From: a virus
Lineage: Duplodnaviria; Caudoviricetes
IMG/VR virus record: IMGVR_UViG_3300044617_001497
Coordinates: 1-33,732 of that record
Direction: 5' to 3' (one strand)
DNA length: 33,732 nt
A program made the translations under genes and the position numbers. Under the pieces are notes generated by a model. It made no database searches. It was not told where the DNA came from and saw only the letters and a list, made by a program, of their open reading frames with translations. Each line of letters begins with the position of its first letter. The first letter of the stretch is position 1. Positions 20,201-28,608 of the stretch are shown here, in pieces.

Positions 20201-20762
20201 GTAAATTAAAAAAGGCCGCATATGGTGAATCGTTTCCGGCTTCAAATAATGCCCGACCTTTTACGTCTTCCATAGTTATGTTTACTTCAGGTAAAAATTC
20301 AGTTCCATAACTTATGTTAATTTGATTTAAACCCAAAAGACCATTATCAACAGATCCTGGATCTCCATATGAAGTAAGAGTTTGTTTTATATAATAATCG
20401 TTGTCTTTAGTTCCGTATTTAACTTGATCTAATCTTGGTTGATTTTGACCTTTGCCTTGTAATGTATTTTTACCTGTTAGTTCATCAGTATCTGCAGTGT
20501 CGAGGAAATCTTTAAACCCTGGATTTAGGAAATTAATTTTTCCAACCGATATAGTTTGGATTTGTGTGTTCTGTGGAACTCCTAGTGCCAATTTTGTTCT
20601 TGGCGTTACCGAACATTCTAAATTTGCGTAGTAAACTAGATCTTCATGTTTGATCAATCTTTCTTTAATAGTCCCATCTTCAGCAATTACTTTGTTCGGG
20701 TCAATTACTGATATGTTTTGATAATCAAATTCAACTAATATATTTTCAGAGTTATTTACCAT
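14265..20762 (-). CDS. Giant baseplate hub protein (T4 gp27 / P2 gpD-like) with C-terminal glucosaminidase (GH73)-like domain
   Basis: 2165 aa. N-terminal GLNQINISY...PEVNITMEDVKG and late YKCTIDMMGNALIQPTMYFNL...GPYMITHVSHRISENGFDTTIEG resemble the two ends of a gpD/gp27 hub. C-terminal LATLSIETG...HNYASV...YASFDSFE resembles lysozyme-fold GH73. It sits after the LysM gene, the usual hub position. Confidence 0.7.
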   Translation of the reverse strand: MVNNSENILVEFDYQNISVIDPNKVIAEDGTIKERLIKHEDLVYYANLECSVTPRTKLALGVPQNTQIQTISVGKINFLNPGFKDFLDTADTDELTGKNTLQGKGQNQPRLDQVKYGTKDNDYYIKQTLTSYGDPGSVDNGLLGLNQINISYGTEFLPEVNITMEDVKGRALFEAGNDSPYAAFFNLPYPLFHLTIKGYLGKAVRIPLMLQTFNASFDPSTHNFRIQCKFYTYKYTVLADVTWGQIMAVPQMYRIKIDSANTQSTNSSNSSTNTSVKYSSGGYQKMKELYSEYKAKGLIDETFPEITILELKKRLGQLITNIENNFRKKNLDVLNDLKLYSEKLADFSKDVYLASSTSVWSRKWLDYENIFIQNNTDKTILYKFKPEFSDIQKQNEAITELDGILKKYLNELQANKAVGKDLGNIPVKIETFFKKVTLGDINIGETLYKRTGKQLEIGSQEYDTSKKTIQEEIINGNKLTNYPGLLFFTGPNSFQDLIKKNDEKFIAKKQEIEEGLTKQITEQFKDKNNGLGFEPTIKNILAVFFAQGEAFLRLMDDVHTVAWTLRDDENRKRAIFDSGSTQKSVDYKYNETNQVIYPWPQLIVENLIDGKEKYELKYPGDYVLANKINAFVPEIWPEVQFVEEFLRGYVERENPQFDFGDANNDLTQPQRFSFNAIEFTIGNDVYSNTEEVKFFYEIYERMILNSYYSKFNRKSITINNIQTSVVESEVTNMMTALGTSNPILSKKIKELNINAPVYQSYLKQISNDGKGSSWNNYERGIFNTPYIKNDTNVSYALYKSDILQDNTSVPKLGLENNAPVESFFGGDIINEEYDFTDLYPLTDLNWCKNYLANGNSVQSSVDTFKTSDTLKYRTDNKVISNKDDISPISNFNYKTKTFDQVLNLQNLTSFYKGRIIEEQYATEGSIFYVNYSGNVYNEQTTSIFNTPFFANAIQEGIQNFRYNLADKSPYKAAAYLFLNSLPLATLKEKYKKLNSDNSITNLSYILPSFKKFAAIHNLPYSWVLKYGSIWNRYKTFKSTGVDFLDSVWKNTDYLDNYDPSTQSPTTTYQVIVDGQNYDIVLDKNTQNISANLNQITTGFYPKLINDFNVFFQGKSIFKQTGTITGTYFVSGDKVEIVNTSSNSITPGTALSGSTLALNTIIVSQVSGTTGGSGLYITTPIQNNANTGIKNFVVTNKAIGGYSNQDIQNALNTNFKMVLSNSSVIVKPQGFDILNPNRSLTVYPWSCYVLSDDGQSAFALPSLGSNVNQASQECFNQAGTQTINLQNNPALHNGSVRLFWKAPQYGYFDVSKITKPKPDEYTKQILNNTEWQENYSLHGDSSKYSKIDELFTTFTPEILDLFETHFLNFSKSIYDFESITVPRKEDTQIEQRNENFQALMREMFVIPKPSNLSGSTLVTKITEDQKTNIQKLIDEFMNYKITFKYGNPSSFDRKLFYSFAPQNIVDPYTWETYVQNSLPTSGGTTTLAVSKSSNPQTWASLETYVGFSEIPQLKYSDNGSYITDFFVDMNMNFNENNVKLFAPIIKIYAQAKLTDPTMNQDKFFSGMTSYKTSSDSYINLILGDIITKVKAKIGPINVTTENPGVKYTEFEGEQTRLELWETLKGINDKWISGGDFKTKTLFEDVLTVDRASRDIGQKIYVDIFKAKDLIEYMDYKNTMLGIVETIFRDNRFTSFILPSYANFYNVQDASKNPTPRPEGTLEFANTLFGTFLNVDYRETTAKYLAVYSFVPSTHLAMNDNIDYRYRDDAFDLRRASDNPLLENQEGKTNWDKSNKVVGFNVDFGPQNQQIFKSLDIAQDPGKPTAESEQMLTQMANLYRNRSGASQSASLYNVYKNRSYKCTIDMMGNALIQPTMYFNLRNIPMFAGPYMITHVSHRISENGFDTTIEGQRQPFYSIPAIDNLLQSLTTKILESIQERIEEQDKKIQEQNNILAQKSEIINRANSSNIQPTANQNCSENLVKVFESYTNKTPVETKITFDKAIEVINEQVEKQSLSSQNKDKLFDFILATLSIETGSGITFKSYDHNYASVTLDINPWGDSQTYFNKKYFCADKGQKKNVPYASFDSFEKFVEFFISKFKAKVIAIGSYKYDDNSYKEKLAKANVLLWTSNLEDKVWDDLAQADKKKLEEKVENVIGYFVSKFKNQ

Positions 20763-21075
20763 AGTACAAGAAGTGATTATCCAGAGCGCCTTTATAGTCC
20801 TGTAATGAAGTTAAAAGAGGAAATGGAATTGTCAATACTGCCCCATCAGGAATGTTAGATTCTAAACCTGTATATCCTGGGTTTGCTTGTAAAATTAACC
20901 ATCCAAAGAAAGGAGACCCGTAATACTGTTGAGATATTTTATCTAACCTAGATTGACCATATCTAAATATATATTTTTTATCTGATGGTTTTAATGGTAA
21001 TTGTACATAAGGAACGACCTGTTGTACTCCATTTTCTAAAAACATATTATATCTATTGTAATATTGAAGTGCCAT
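20752..21075 (-). CDS. LysM-like baseplate wedge protein (T4 gp53 / P2 gpX-like)
   Basis: 107 aa. SRLDKISQQYYGSPFFGWLILQANP...IPDGAVLTIP. Confidence 0.85.
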   Translation of the reverse strand: MALQYYNRYNMFLENGVQQVVPYVQLPLKPSDKKYIFRYGQSRLDKISQQYYGSPFFGWLILQANPGYTGLESNIPDGAVLTIPFPLLTSLQDYKGALDNHFLYYGK

Positions 21076-21077
21076 TT

Positions 21078-24000
21078 TTATAAGAATGTTACTTTACCAT
21101 TAAAGGTTTTTTTATTTTTATTTGTATTAATTGTAGAATACGTTTCTTTAAGTAATTTTCTGTTATCTTTTGTGTTACTATTTTCTTCTGTTGTGTAGTA
21201 TAATTTTGTTTCGAATTTTTCAATTTTATATTTTTTGAATTTTTCGTATTCTGGTGTTTTTTCGTACTTGTCGAAAATTTCTTTTTCTTTTTTATATTCC
21301 TCATTGAAGTTAAATTTCAGTTTTTCACACGTTGCTTGAATTAGTTTTACAAGATCTGTGTTACCTTTAACTTTTTCTGTTAATAATTTATCAACAAATG
21401 CATTATACTTATCATCGTTTGTAAATGTTTGTGACATTACCATATAAAATCTTCTAGTATATGTGTCTTGAGAAAATAAAACCCATGTTGGGTTGAAAGA
21501 AAGTCCTTGATCTGTTAAAGCTTTGTTTGGGTCTAATATTTTATTCTCTAGTATACTTTTGTTATATAATGTGAAAGCACTTGCGGTTTCACTAGGATAG
21601 ATCCTTATCATATTTTCAAAAACATTAGTCCCTCCGGGTATTAATTCTGTGTTATAAACAAGGTATTCTCCGGTGTCCGTTTTGTAACCATCAATTTTAT
21701 TAATTACTAAATCCAACTCTTTAAAGGTCTGTATATAATCTTCTTGGTATTTAACTATTTCATTTATTGCTCCGGTTACCGCTTGATCCATTTCGGCCTC
21801 TTGATTCAAAATGATATCAAACAAAACATTTTCCACATCACGTTTTGTTTGTTTTGACCATTCATTATTACTATCTTCAATTGCCTTTAATATAGGATTA
21901 TTTTTGTCGGTCACATCTTTTAACGCCTGTTTAAATAATTTTCCGATACTACCTTGATAATCAGATGGTTTTCCAATAATTTCTATTTTATCAGAACTGC
22001 TTTTGTAATAATTTAAAACACCTTCTTTATAATTTCTATCTTCCAAAACAAGTTGAGATATTGGGTAATTGGTAACTTCATACAGTTTTTTGATTTGATT
22101 AAAAATTGTTGTGAAATAATTATTTGTTTTAGTTGAAAGTTCTTCAAATATTGCGGTATATTCTGTTTCACCCGTCATAATTTTTCCATCATTATAATAC
22201 TCTGTCGTTAATATATTTCCAATTGTCGATCCTCCTTTTTCACCAGCATCCTGGTTATTTATTGCGGCACTATTAGACGGTACAACATTAGCCTTACCAA
22301 CAATTTTTGCAACCATACCTTCATCCCTTTCTTTTGTACTTTCTGTTGCAACCGCCCTTTCATCATAAATTTCTGTATTAGCATAATAGTTAAATGATAA
22401 TGCGTTTTGAAGTTGTGCTACCGGTCCGGCTAATCCATGTCCACCAATAAAATCAAATCCCAAGGTAATTTTTGCCAACATAGGTTGGACTCCGATACCT
22501 TCCGGATTAATATCATATAATAATGGTTCATAAGTTATTGACAATTGATTTGGTACTATTTTAGTATGGTAAAAATCTCCAATTCTCAATACTAAAATTG
22601 GTGGTGTACCAAATGAGGTATTTCTCGCATCGTTATATTTCGGTTTACCGTCTGGTCCGATAACTGGTATTGTTTGTCCTGGTCTTACACATTGATTCAA
22701 AAATGTTAATCTAGCATTCAAACCTTCAGGTGTCATTGAGTGGAAAGTCGGATTGAAAAACTTAATTTTGTCTTTTAATGATGCATAAACCGTAGGGTTT
22801 GTGATTTTAATTACTTCAAAATAGTCGCATTCAGAAAATAATTTTCTTAATATTTTTTTCGAGATTCCTTCTTTTACTCTTTTTTTAACATCAATATCAA
22901 CATCATCGTTTTGTCTTGGTGGTTTCGGTGGTGGTGTACATCCAGAATTTATACAATCTTCTAGTGTTTTAAATTCTCCTGTCGCAGATTGCTCACACTT
23001 TCCATCAATACATGCATACTTTGTAGATATCTGTCCACAGTTTTTATCACACTCCTCTTGAGTGGTATAATCACCAGTTCCGTCCGCAACTTTTTGACAA
23101 GGTTGACCTGGAGTTACACATTTGAAGTTTTTTAATTGTTCATTTCTTTTACATCCTCCTTGTTCTGGTGGTGCATTTTCACATTCACTTTTACTTGCAA
23201 AAGTACCATCTTTTGATTGTATACATTTACCATCATTATTAGGTCCACATTTCCACTTGGGTTCTTTAGCGTTTGATAATTTAATTTTTGCAAAAGCAAC
23301 TCTTCTACATGCCATAGCCGGAATACTATACCATTGTGAATTATTAGTAACTTTATTAAGACTTACGTCTTTAATATCTGTTGTACAATTAATTGGGCTA
23401 GCCAAATTGAAATCTTTATCTACAGATTCAACTTCCGTGTTCCCTTTTGAAGAAACTAAATCTCCAGTTTTTGGTATAACGGCTGTCTCACCATCAGGTC
23501 TAAATGTTATAATTAATTTAGCTTCATCCCTCCATTGTTTTACCGTTTTGTCACCAATTTTTTGTGTATTCAACCAATTTTCTACAGTACTATTTCTTCT
23601 TTTAGATAAGTTTACGTTGTAATTTTCTTTTGCCGGTGCCGACGCGGAACCTATCAATTCCAGTGTAACTGTTGCTTCTAAATCTACCAAAGCCTTTTTA
23701 AGTACTTTAGGGACAAAATCATTTTGTATTTGTGAAAAATTACCAATTATTACGTCATCAAAAAATTTACTTATACCAGCACTAGAAAATTTTTCTGATC
23801 CAACAGCAACTTCTATAGGTGCTGATGTTCCTTCATATGTTGACCTTCTACCTAGATATTGAGAATACCAGTCAGTGAATGGACTTGGTACCGATGTTAA
23901 ATTAGAAGATTTACCAATTGGGTAGTCATTGTCAAAATAAAAACCAAAACCCAAATACGAATTTAATTCTGACTCAACGGATCCAATATTTATGTCCAAA

Positions 24001-26456
24001 TTATTAGTTGTGTTAGTCTCTTGTGTTCCAGCTCCATTATTCCCACCTGAAGTTCCGGTTCCTGAATTTGCATTCCCATCAATTGTATTTGCACCTCCGG
24101 TCGACGCATTTTGAGCATAACTTATCGATCCAAGTATATCAACTTCTTCTTCTCTTGTTAATTGTGGATTTTGTAATAGTTCTTGATATGTATATAGTTC
24201 GTTTATAGAAAGTTGGTTAAATTTAAGTCCTAAATCATATAAATCATATTTCACGCAACCAGCAAAGAAAGAATCCATAATAGAATCTACTTGTTCTTGA
24301 GACATATTTGCTAATTGTTTTTCAATGATAGTGTTCATTGCCGCTGGATGGTCAACTACTACAGTCCAGTTCAAACTTCCCGTCCTTGTTGTATTTTTAT
24401 ATGTATAGATAGGTTCAGGTCTGCCAAGGAAAGATGTTGAGTTCCATGATGCGGTTGATGAATCATTGAATTTTAAATCATAAGGTGGGAACCACATGAT
24501 TCTACCTCCATTTGGTCCCTTTTCACAAATTGGTAAATCATCATATGTATAACCAGGTTCACTTGATGTTCTCCAAGCAAGATTCTCAAGTGAAAACATA
24601 TATTTTTTAACTTTACCATTCTTAATGTTTGTGGATTCTTCACCTCGTAGTGGTGCAATATTCAAATTATATGTGTTATCAAATATTGAATAACTAAACT
24701 TTCTACCAGATTCAGTTATACCATCTGTTTTTTGTAAGTCACCATAAGTAAGATAAGGAGTGTCTTTTTGAAAGACTCTACAATATTCCGCACCTACTTC
24801 AGTACCATCGATACTAATTGTTTCTGAATTTGTAACACTATCATAATAAGCAACAACTCTGGAACCTTTAGTCATTTCCTTATATCCATCATTGAATACT
24901 TTTGAAACTTGGTTAATAGCGTTTCCAACGTGTTGTAATCTTCTTACACCCGTTACATTATCTGCGGATTCAATTAATTTTTGTGTGTTATCTAAAATTG
25001 ATCCAGGTTTGAACTCAAACTCTGTTGAATCTGTATCTTGATTAAATTCCGCCTTAACTGAATTAAATTCAGCATCTTGTGGTTGTACTGGGTCTCCACC
25101 TGGTTTAACATGAAAACCTATGTTTTCTTTATACTTTGGTGATAACCAAACAAATTGTCCCGCAATTCCACCTAAATTAGTATAGGATTTACCCGCTAAA
25201 CCAAATTTTATTTTATCAATATTACCTTCATATAGTTGAGCCAATTCAGACGGACCATAAACAGGTGCTTGTGTTTGTTTACCAAATCTATCAACTGGTA
25301 TCTCATTATCTGGCGAGTTTATTGTTGATGGTTCAGCCTGATCACTACCAACATAATATCCTCCACCTTGAGTTGTGTTATTACCTAAAAGGTTATTGAT
25401 TGCTTCGGTTACTCCAAGTAATAAACCTTTATTGTATTTTGGTCTATAAATGTTGTAATCTAAACTTTTAAATAAAACAGACTTTTGACCATACCCGGTA
25501 TTTGCGATAAAAATTTCGGATGGATTTCTTGTTTTGTTAAGTATTGGACCAAGTAATCCTCCGGTCAAATTATTTACAACACCAAGAGCGTTTTCTGTTT
25601 GTGGTGATAATACTTGATGGTTTTCATCAAAATAATCTCCTGGTATTGGTGATACAGGAAAATAACTTCCTGTTAATCTATTTGCAAATGAAACAGCCAA
25701 AAGTAATGGATTTTCTGGAACTGTAATTTTCCAATTTTTTCCTATCAGTGGTTGTTGTCCGGTGGCAACTAATGACGCTTCAAATGGATCTTGTAAATTA
25801 TCTAGTTGAAATACATTAGATATAATTTGTTGTTCCTCAAATGCAATTCTTGCTTTGAATTCATCTCGAAGTGCGATCGCACCTCTTTGAGCCAGTTGTG
25901 AATCCTGTGAAAGTAAACCTACCGACCCTTGTGGGTTATCATCTATTAATATTTGAAATGGTGTATAAGTTGACGGTAAAAAAACTAAAGGTACACCTTC
26001 ATTGTCAGAATAAGGAACAAAGTATTGTGCATTTTGAATTACATCAGTTACTATGTATAAATCTTTATATCCAGTTTCAGGTCCATAAATATTTTTAATG
26101 TATGCAGCATCAATAAAAAATTCATTTACTAATACTACATCCGCATCGTCTTGACCATATTCTCCTTGGTTGGAGTCGACCGGTAGTGGTGCTCCATTAG
26201 TAGATATTATATTATTGTAACCACCATCTGGACCATAAGCATTTAATGGGTAAAGTTGATTTGCTAAAACCGTTGTACCTATTAAATCATTTGGTGAATC
26301 AATAACTGAACTATCATTTAATGGTGAAACTTCATAATTAACATTACCAGATGGTGGTGAAAACGCACCTGTAACTGTATAAGGTGGAAGATTTCTGTTC
26401 ATCAAAGAATTTCTGAACGATGAACTGGCATCAAATGATAAAGTAGTATCAGACAT
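21078..26456 (-). CDS. Giant tail-tube-initiator-like baseplate protein (gp48/gp54, P2 gpU-like fold) with inserted OmpA-like domain and Cys-rich repeats
   Basis: 1792 aa. WFPPYDLKFNDSSTASWNSTSFLGRPEPIYTYKNTTRTGSLNW and PPILVLRIGDFY...LSITYE...PMLAKITLGF are two halves of a tube-like fold. IGSASAPAKENYNVNLSKRR...CRRV is OmpA-C-like. Position between tape measure and LysM gene is canonical. Confidence 0.7.
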   Translation of the reverse strand: MSDTTLSFDASSSFRNSLMNRNLPPYTVTGAFSPPSGNVNYEVSPLNDSSVIDSPNDLIGTTVLANQLYPLNAYGPDGGYNNIISTNGAPLPVDSNQGEYGQDDADVVLVNEFFIDAAYIKNIYGPETGYKDLYIVTDVIQNAQYFVPYSDNEGVPLVFLPSTYTPFQILIDDNPQGSVGLLSQDSQLAQRGAIALRDEFKARIAFEEQQIISNVFQLDNLQDPFEASLVATGQQPLIGKNWKITVPENPLLLAVSFANRLTGSYFPVSPIPGDYFDENHQVLSPQTENALGVVNNLTGGLLGPILNKTRNPSEIFIANTGYGQKSVLFKSLDYNIYRPKYNKGLLLGVTEAINNLLGNNTTQGGGYYVGSDQAEPSTINSPDNEIPVDRFGKQTQAPVYGPSELAQLYEGNIDKIKFGLAGKSYTNLGGIAGQFVWLSPKYKENIGFHVKPGGDPVQPQDAEFNSVKAEFNQDTDSTEFEFKPGSILDNTQKLIESADNVTGVRRLQHVGNAINQVSKVFNDGYKEMTKGSRVVAYYDSVTNSETISIDGTEVGAEYCRVFQKDTPYLTYGDLQKTDGITESGRKFSYSIFDNTYNLNIAPLRGEESTNIKNGKVKKYMFSLENLAWRTSSEPGYTYDDLPICEKGPNGGRIMWFPPYDLKFNDSSTASWNSTSFLGRPEPIYTYKNTTRTGSLNWTVVVDHPAAMNTIIEKQLANMSQEQVDSIMDSFFAGCVKYDLYDLGLKFNQLSINELYTYQELLQNPQLTREEEVDILGSISYAQNASTGGANTIDGNANSGTGTSGGNNGAGTQETNTTNNLDINIGSVESELNSYLGFGFYFDNDYPIGKSSNLTSVPSPFTDWYSQYLGRRSTYEGTSAPIEVAVGSEKFSSAGISKFFDDVIIGNFSQIQNDFVPKVLKKALVDLEATVTLELIGSASAPAKENYNVNLSKRRNSTVENWLNTQKIGDKTVKQWRDEAKLIITFRPDGETAVIPKTGDLVSSKGNTEVESVDKDFNLASPINCTTDIKDVSLNKVTNNSQWYSIPAMACRRVAFAKIKLSNAKEPKWKCGPNNDGKCIQSKDGTFASKSECENAPPEQGGCKRNEQLKNFKCVTPGQPCQKVADGTGDYTTQEECDKNCGQISTKYACIDGKCEQSATGEFKTLEDCINSGCTPPPKPPRQNDDVDIDVKKRVKEGISKKILRKLFSECDYFEVIKITNPTVYASLKDKIKFFNPTFHSMTPEGLNARLTFLNQCVRPGQTIPVIGPDGKPKYNDARNTSFGTPPILVLRIGDFYHTKIVPNQLSITYEPLLYDINPEGIGVQPMLAKITLGFDFIGGHGLAGPVAQLQNALSFNYYANTEIYDERAVATESTKERDEGMVAKIVGKANVVPSNSAAINNQDAGEKGGSTIGNILTTEYYNDGKIMTGETEYTAIFEELSTKTNNYFTTIFNQIKKLYEVTNYPISQLVLEDRNYKEGVLNYYKSSSDKIEIIGKPSDYQGSIGKLFKQALKDVTDKNNPILKAIEDSNNEWSKQTKRDVENVLFDIILNQEAEMDQAVTGAINEIVKYQEDYIQTFKELDLVINKIDGYKTDTGEYLVYNTELIPGGTNVFENMIRIYPSETASAFTLYNKSILENKILDPNKALTDQGLSFNPTWVLFSQDTYTRRFYMVMSQTFTNDDKYNAFVDKLLTEKVKGNTDLVKLIQATCEKLKFNFNEEYKKEKEIFDKYEKTPEYEKFKKYKIEKFETKLYYTTEENSNTKDNRKLLKETYSTINTNKNKKTFNGKVTFL
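22938..23255 (-). repeat. Three degenerate 4-Cys protein repeats
   Basis: WKC..C..GTFASKSEC..C / FKC..C..GDYTTQEEC..C / YAC..C..GEFKTLEDC..C; 12 Cys in about 106 aa. Confidence 0.85.
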
Positions 26457-26473
26457 TAAAATTTATTTTTGTT

Positions 26474-26492
26474 ATAAATAAATAGATAAATA
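26474..26492 (-). promoter_or_regulatory. Cluster of three TATTTAT elements
   Basis: Copies at 26474-26480, 26478-26484 and 26486-26492, upstream of the 1792-aa gene. Confidence 0.5.
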
Positions 26493-26521
26493 TGAATTTT
26501 TTAAATTAAATAAATCATTAT

Positions 26522-28585
26522 TTACTCTGGTTTTCCTGGGGCACTTGCCGTGTACATTCCTCCAGCCCCACCAGGTATTAAACCATTTCCTGTTTTTAAT
26601 TTATTAAGCTGGTCAAGAACCATATTAATATTTGTTGTATTTTTACCACCTTCAAAATATTCGGTTAACGCTCTTGACATTAATTCTGTTAGTGCTTGAT
26701 TTTTAGAATCTGGATCAAGTTTAACATTTAGATCAATTTTAACGTTTTCATTTATTTCTAATGGTTTAAATTCTATTTTACCCATTTCTTTAATGTTCGT
26801 TATTTGGTTGGTAAAAGTTTGAACTGTATTATTAAATGTCTCTGTATTTGCGTTGAAATTTGAAAGTGGGTCAGTTTCAGATCCTCCCATTCCAAATAAA
26901 TTTGTTAAACCTCCGAGTCCACTATTAAATAAATTACCTAACGTATCGGTAATTGTAGAAAAATCAAAATTTGATAAATTTCCAAGATTAGATAAACCTC
27001 CTAACATTGATGTAAAATCAATGTCTTTTATTTTATTAATTATATCTCCAAAGTCACTAATCCCATAATTTTCAAGAGCTTCTTTAATGAACTCTTTTAC
27101 TTCACCAGCAACAGCGTCGGTTCCCTCCCTATATGTTCTGGTACTTACATATCTTCCACCGATTAATCCTGGATCCGTTTCTTTATCTCTAAATAAAGCT
27201 TCTCTTAAACTAGTTGTCGATAAATCATAAATACCTTTTGCAGTTTGACTAGAACTCATACCATAACCAATTGCTTTAAAAAATTGATCAAATTTGGCAT
27301 TTAATCTTTCGGTTTGATTAAGTTGTTCTCTGGCTAATTCTTCCATGGTTTTAGCCTGACCTTTTTGTTCTTCTTTTAAACTTGTGATTTGTTCTGCGGT
27401 TAACTGTGATGCTTCAACAATATCATATTCACCAGTAAAATTACCACGTTCGTCAACTTGTTTGACCTTAACTTCCGCAATTCCTTCTTTGTTAATTGTT
27501 GCCATAGTAGCAATTAACTCCCTATCCTCTTTAGATGCGATACCCTCTGGGAACTTAATTTGTTTTAATTTCATATCAAATTCCGCGGCATGAAGAGCCA
27601 TCTGTTGTAACTCACCATTAGCATATCCCAATTCTTTCCCTATTTCATTTAACCTTCTTTTTTCACCGGGTAATATTTCGAACTGACCTAATTCTTTATT
27701 AAACCTAACAAAGTCTTTGGACATTTCTATAATTTGATTCTGTAACTCCGCAGGATCATTTTGTGATAAGTCCATTAATCTTAATGGATCAAGAAGTGCG
27801 TTAGCTGATACTCCTAATCTTTGAAGTCCTGCAGCTAGTTCAATCGCCCCTTCCGGATTGAAGACTTTATCAACTATTGTAAATATTTTTGTCATGTCCA
27901 CGCCAAGTCTTGCTGCTTGTGCCGACATTTTTGCCAAACCTTTAATTCCTCCTTCGAAATTATATATGTTCATTTTTTCAAGGTTAGAGACAACTCCAGC
28001 AGAAACCGCAGCAACTGAAACACCAGCACTTCTGGCAATTTCAACAACTCCTTCCATGGTGTCTCCAACGTTAACAATTGAAATACCAACATCTCTAAAC
28101 TTTTCTGCTAATGTTCCTACGTTTTGTCCGGTAACACGAGCGGTTGCCGCCAATTCTGTAAGTTGTTCATTTGAAATTGTAACTGTTGTTTCGTATTCTC
28201 CAGCAAGGGCATTAAATGTTTTGGAAACATCGGTAACCCCCATACCTAGTTCTGCGAATCTAGAAGCGTTATCTGCAACCATCAATTCAAACTCTCTACC
28301 TCTTTCGATTCCTAAACCAAGGGAGTTTCTAATTTGTGTTGATTGTTCGTCTAGAATTCTTGTTCTTTTGTATATTTCTGAAGGAGCAAATAAAGCTTCT
28401 GTTTGACCACTTATCCAAGCCCCAATACTACCGATATTACCTTTTAATAGATTATCTGTAACCCCCTGTGAAAAGGCCTTACCAATTTTGGTGCCTGACT
28501 CGTAACTTGCAGCTACGTCAGCATCAATTAAACCCTTTACAATATTGGCTTGATTTTCGGTATTTCCGTCGCTTAAAAACATCAT
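26522..28585 (-). CDS. Putative tape measure protein
   Basis: 687 aa, Ala/Gly/Leu-rich and helical (GIKGLAKMSAQAARLGVDM, GAIELAAGLQRLG); lies between the chaperone and the tube-initiator gene. Confidence 0.75.
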   Translation of the reverse strand: MMFLSDGNTENQANIVKGLIDADVAASYESGTKIGKAFSQGVTDNLLKGNIGSIGAWISGQTEALFAPSEIYKRTRILDEQSTQIRNSLGLGIERGREFELMVADNASRFAELGMGVTDVSKTFNALAGEYETTVTISNEQLTELAATARVTGQNVGTLAEKFRDVGISIVNVGDTMEGVVEIARSAGVSVAAVSAGVVSNLEKMNIYNFEGGIKGLAKMSAQAARLGVDMTKIFTIVDKVFNPEGAIELAAGLQRLGVSANALLDPLRLMDLSQNDPAELQNQIIEMSKDFVRFNKELGQFEILPGEKRRLNEIGKELGYANGELQQMALHAAEFDMKLKQIKFPEGIASKEDRELIATMATINKEGIAEVKVKQVDERGNFTGEYDIVEASQLTAEQITSLKEEQKGQAKTMEELAREQLNQTERLNAKFDQFFKAIGYGMSSSQTAKGIYDLSTTSLREALFRDKETDPGLIGGRYVSTRTYREGTDAVAGEVKEFIKEALENYGISDFGDIINKIKDIDFTSMLGGLSNLGNLSNFDFSTITDTLGNLFNSGLGGLTNLFGMGGSETDPLSNFNANTETFNNTVQTFTNQITNIKEMGKIEFKPLEINENVKIDLNVKLDPDSKNQALTELMSRALTEYFEGGKNTTNINMVLDQLNKLKTGNGLIPGGAGGMYTASAPGKPE

Positions 28586-28595
28586 ATCTTAAATG

Positions 28596-28602
28596 ATAAA
28601 TA
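28596..28602 (-). promoter_or_regulatory. TATTTAT putative phage promoter element
   Basis: 10 nt upstream of the tape measure ATG. Confidence 0.5.
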
Positions 28603-28608
28603 TTTCAT

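Noticed and set aside
27858-28406. 182-aa plus-strand ORF, and similar ones at 23122-23622, 10104-10460, 1275-1589 and 166-459
   Set aside because: All lie antisense within well-supported minus-strand genes, and I saw no plus-strand expression signals.
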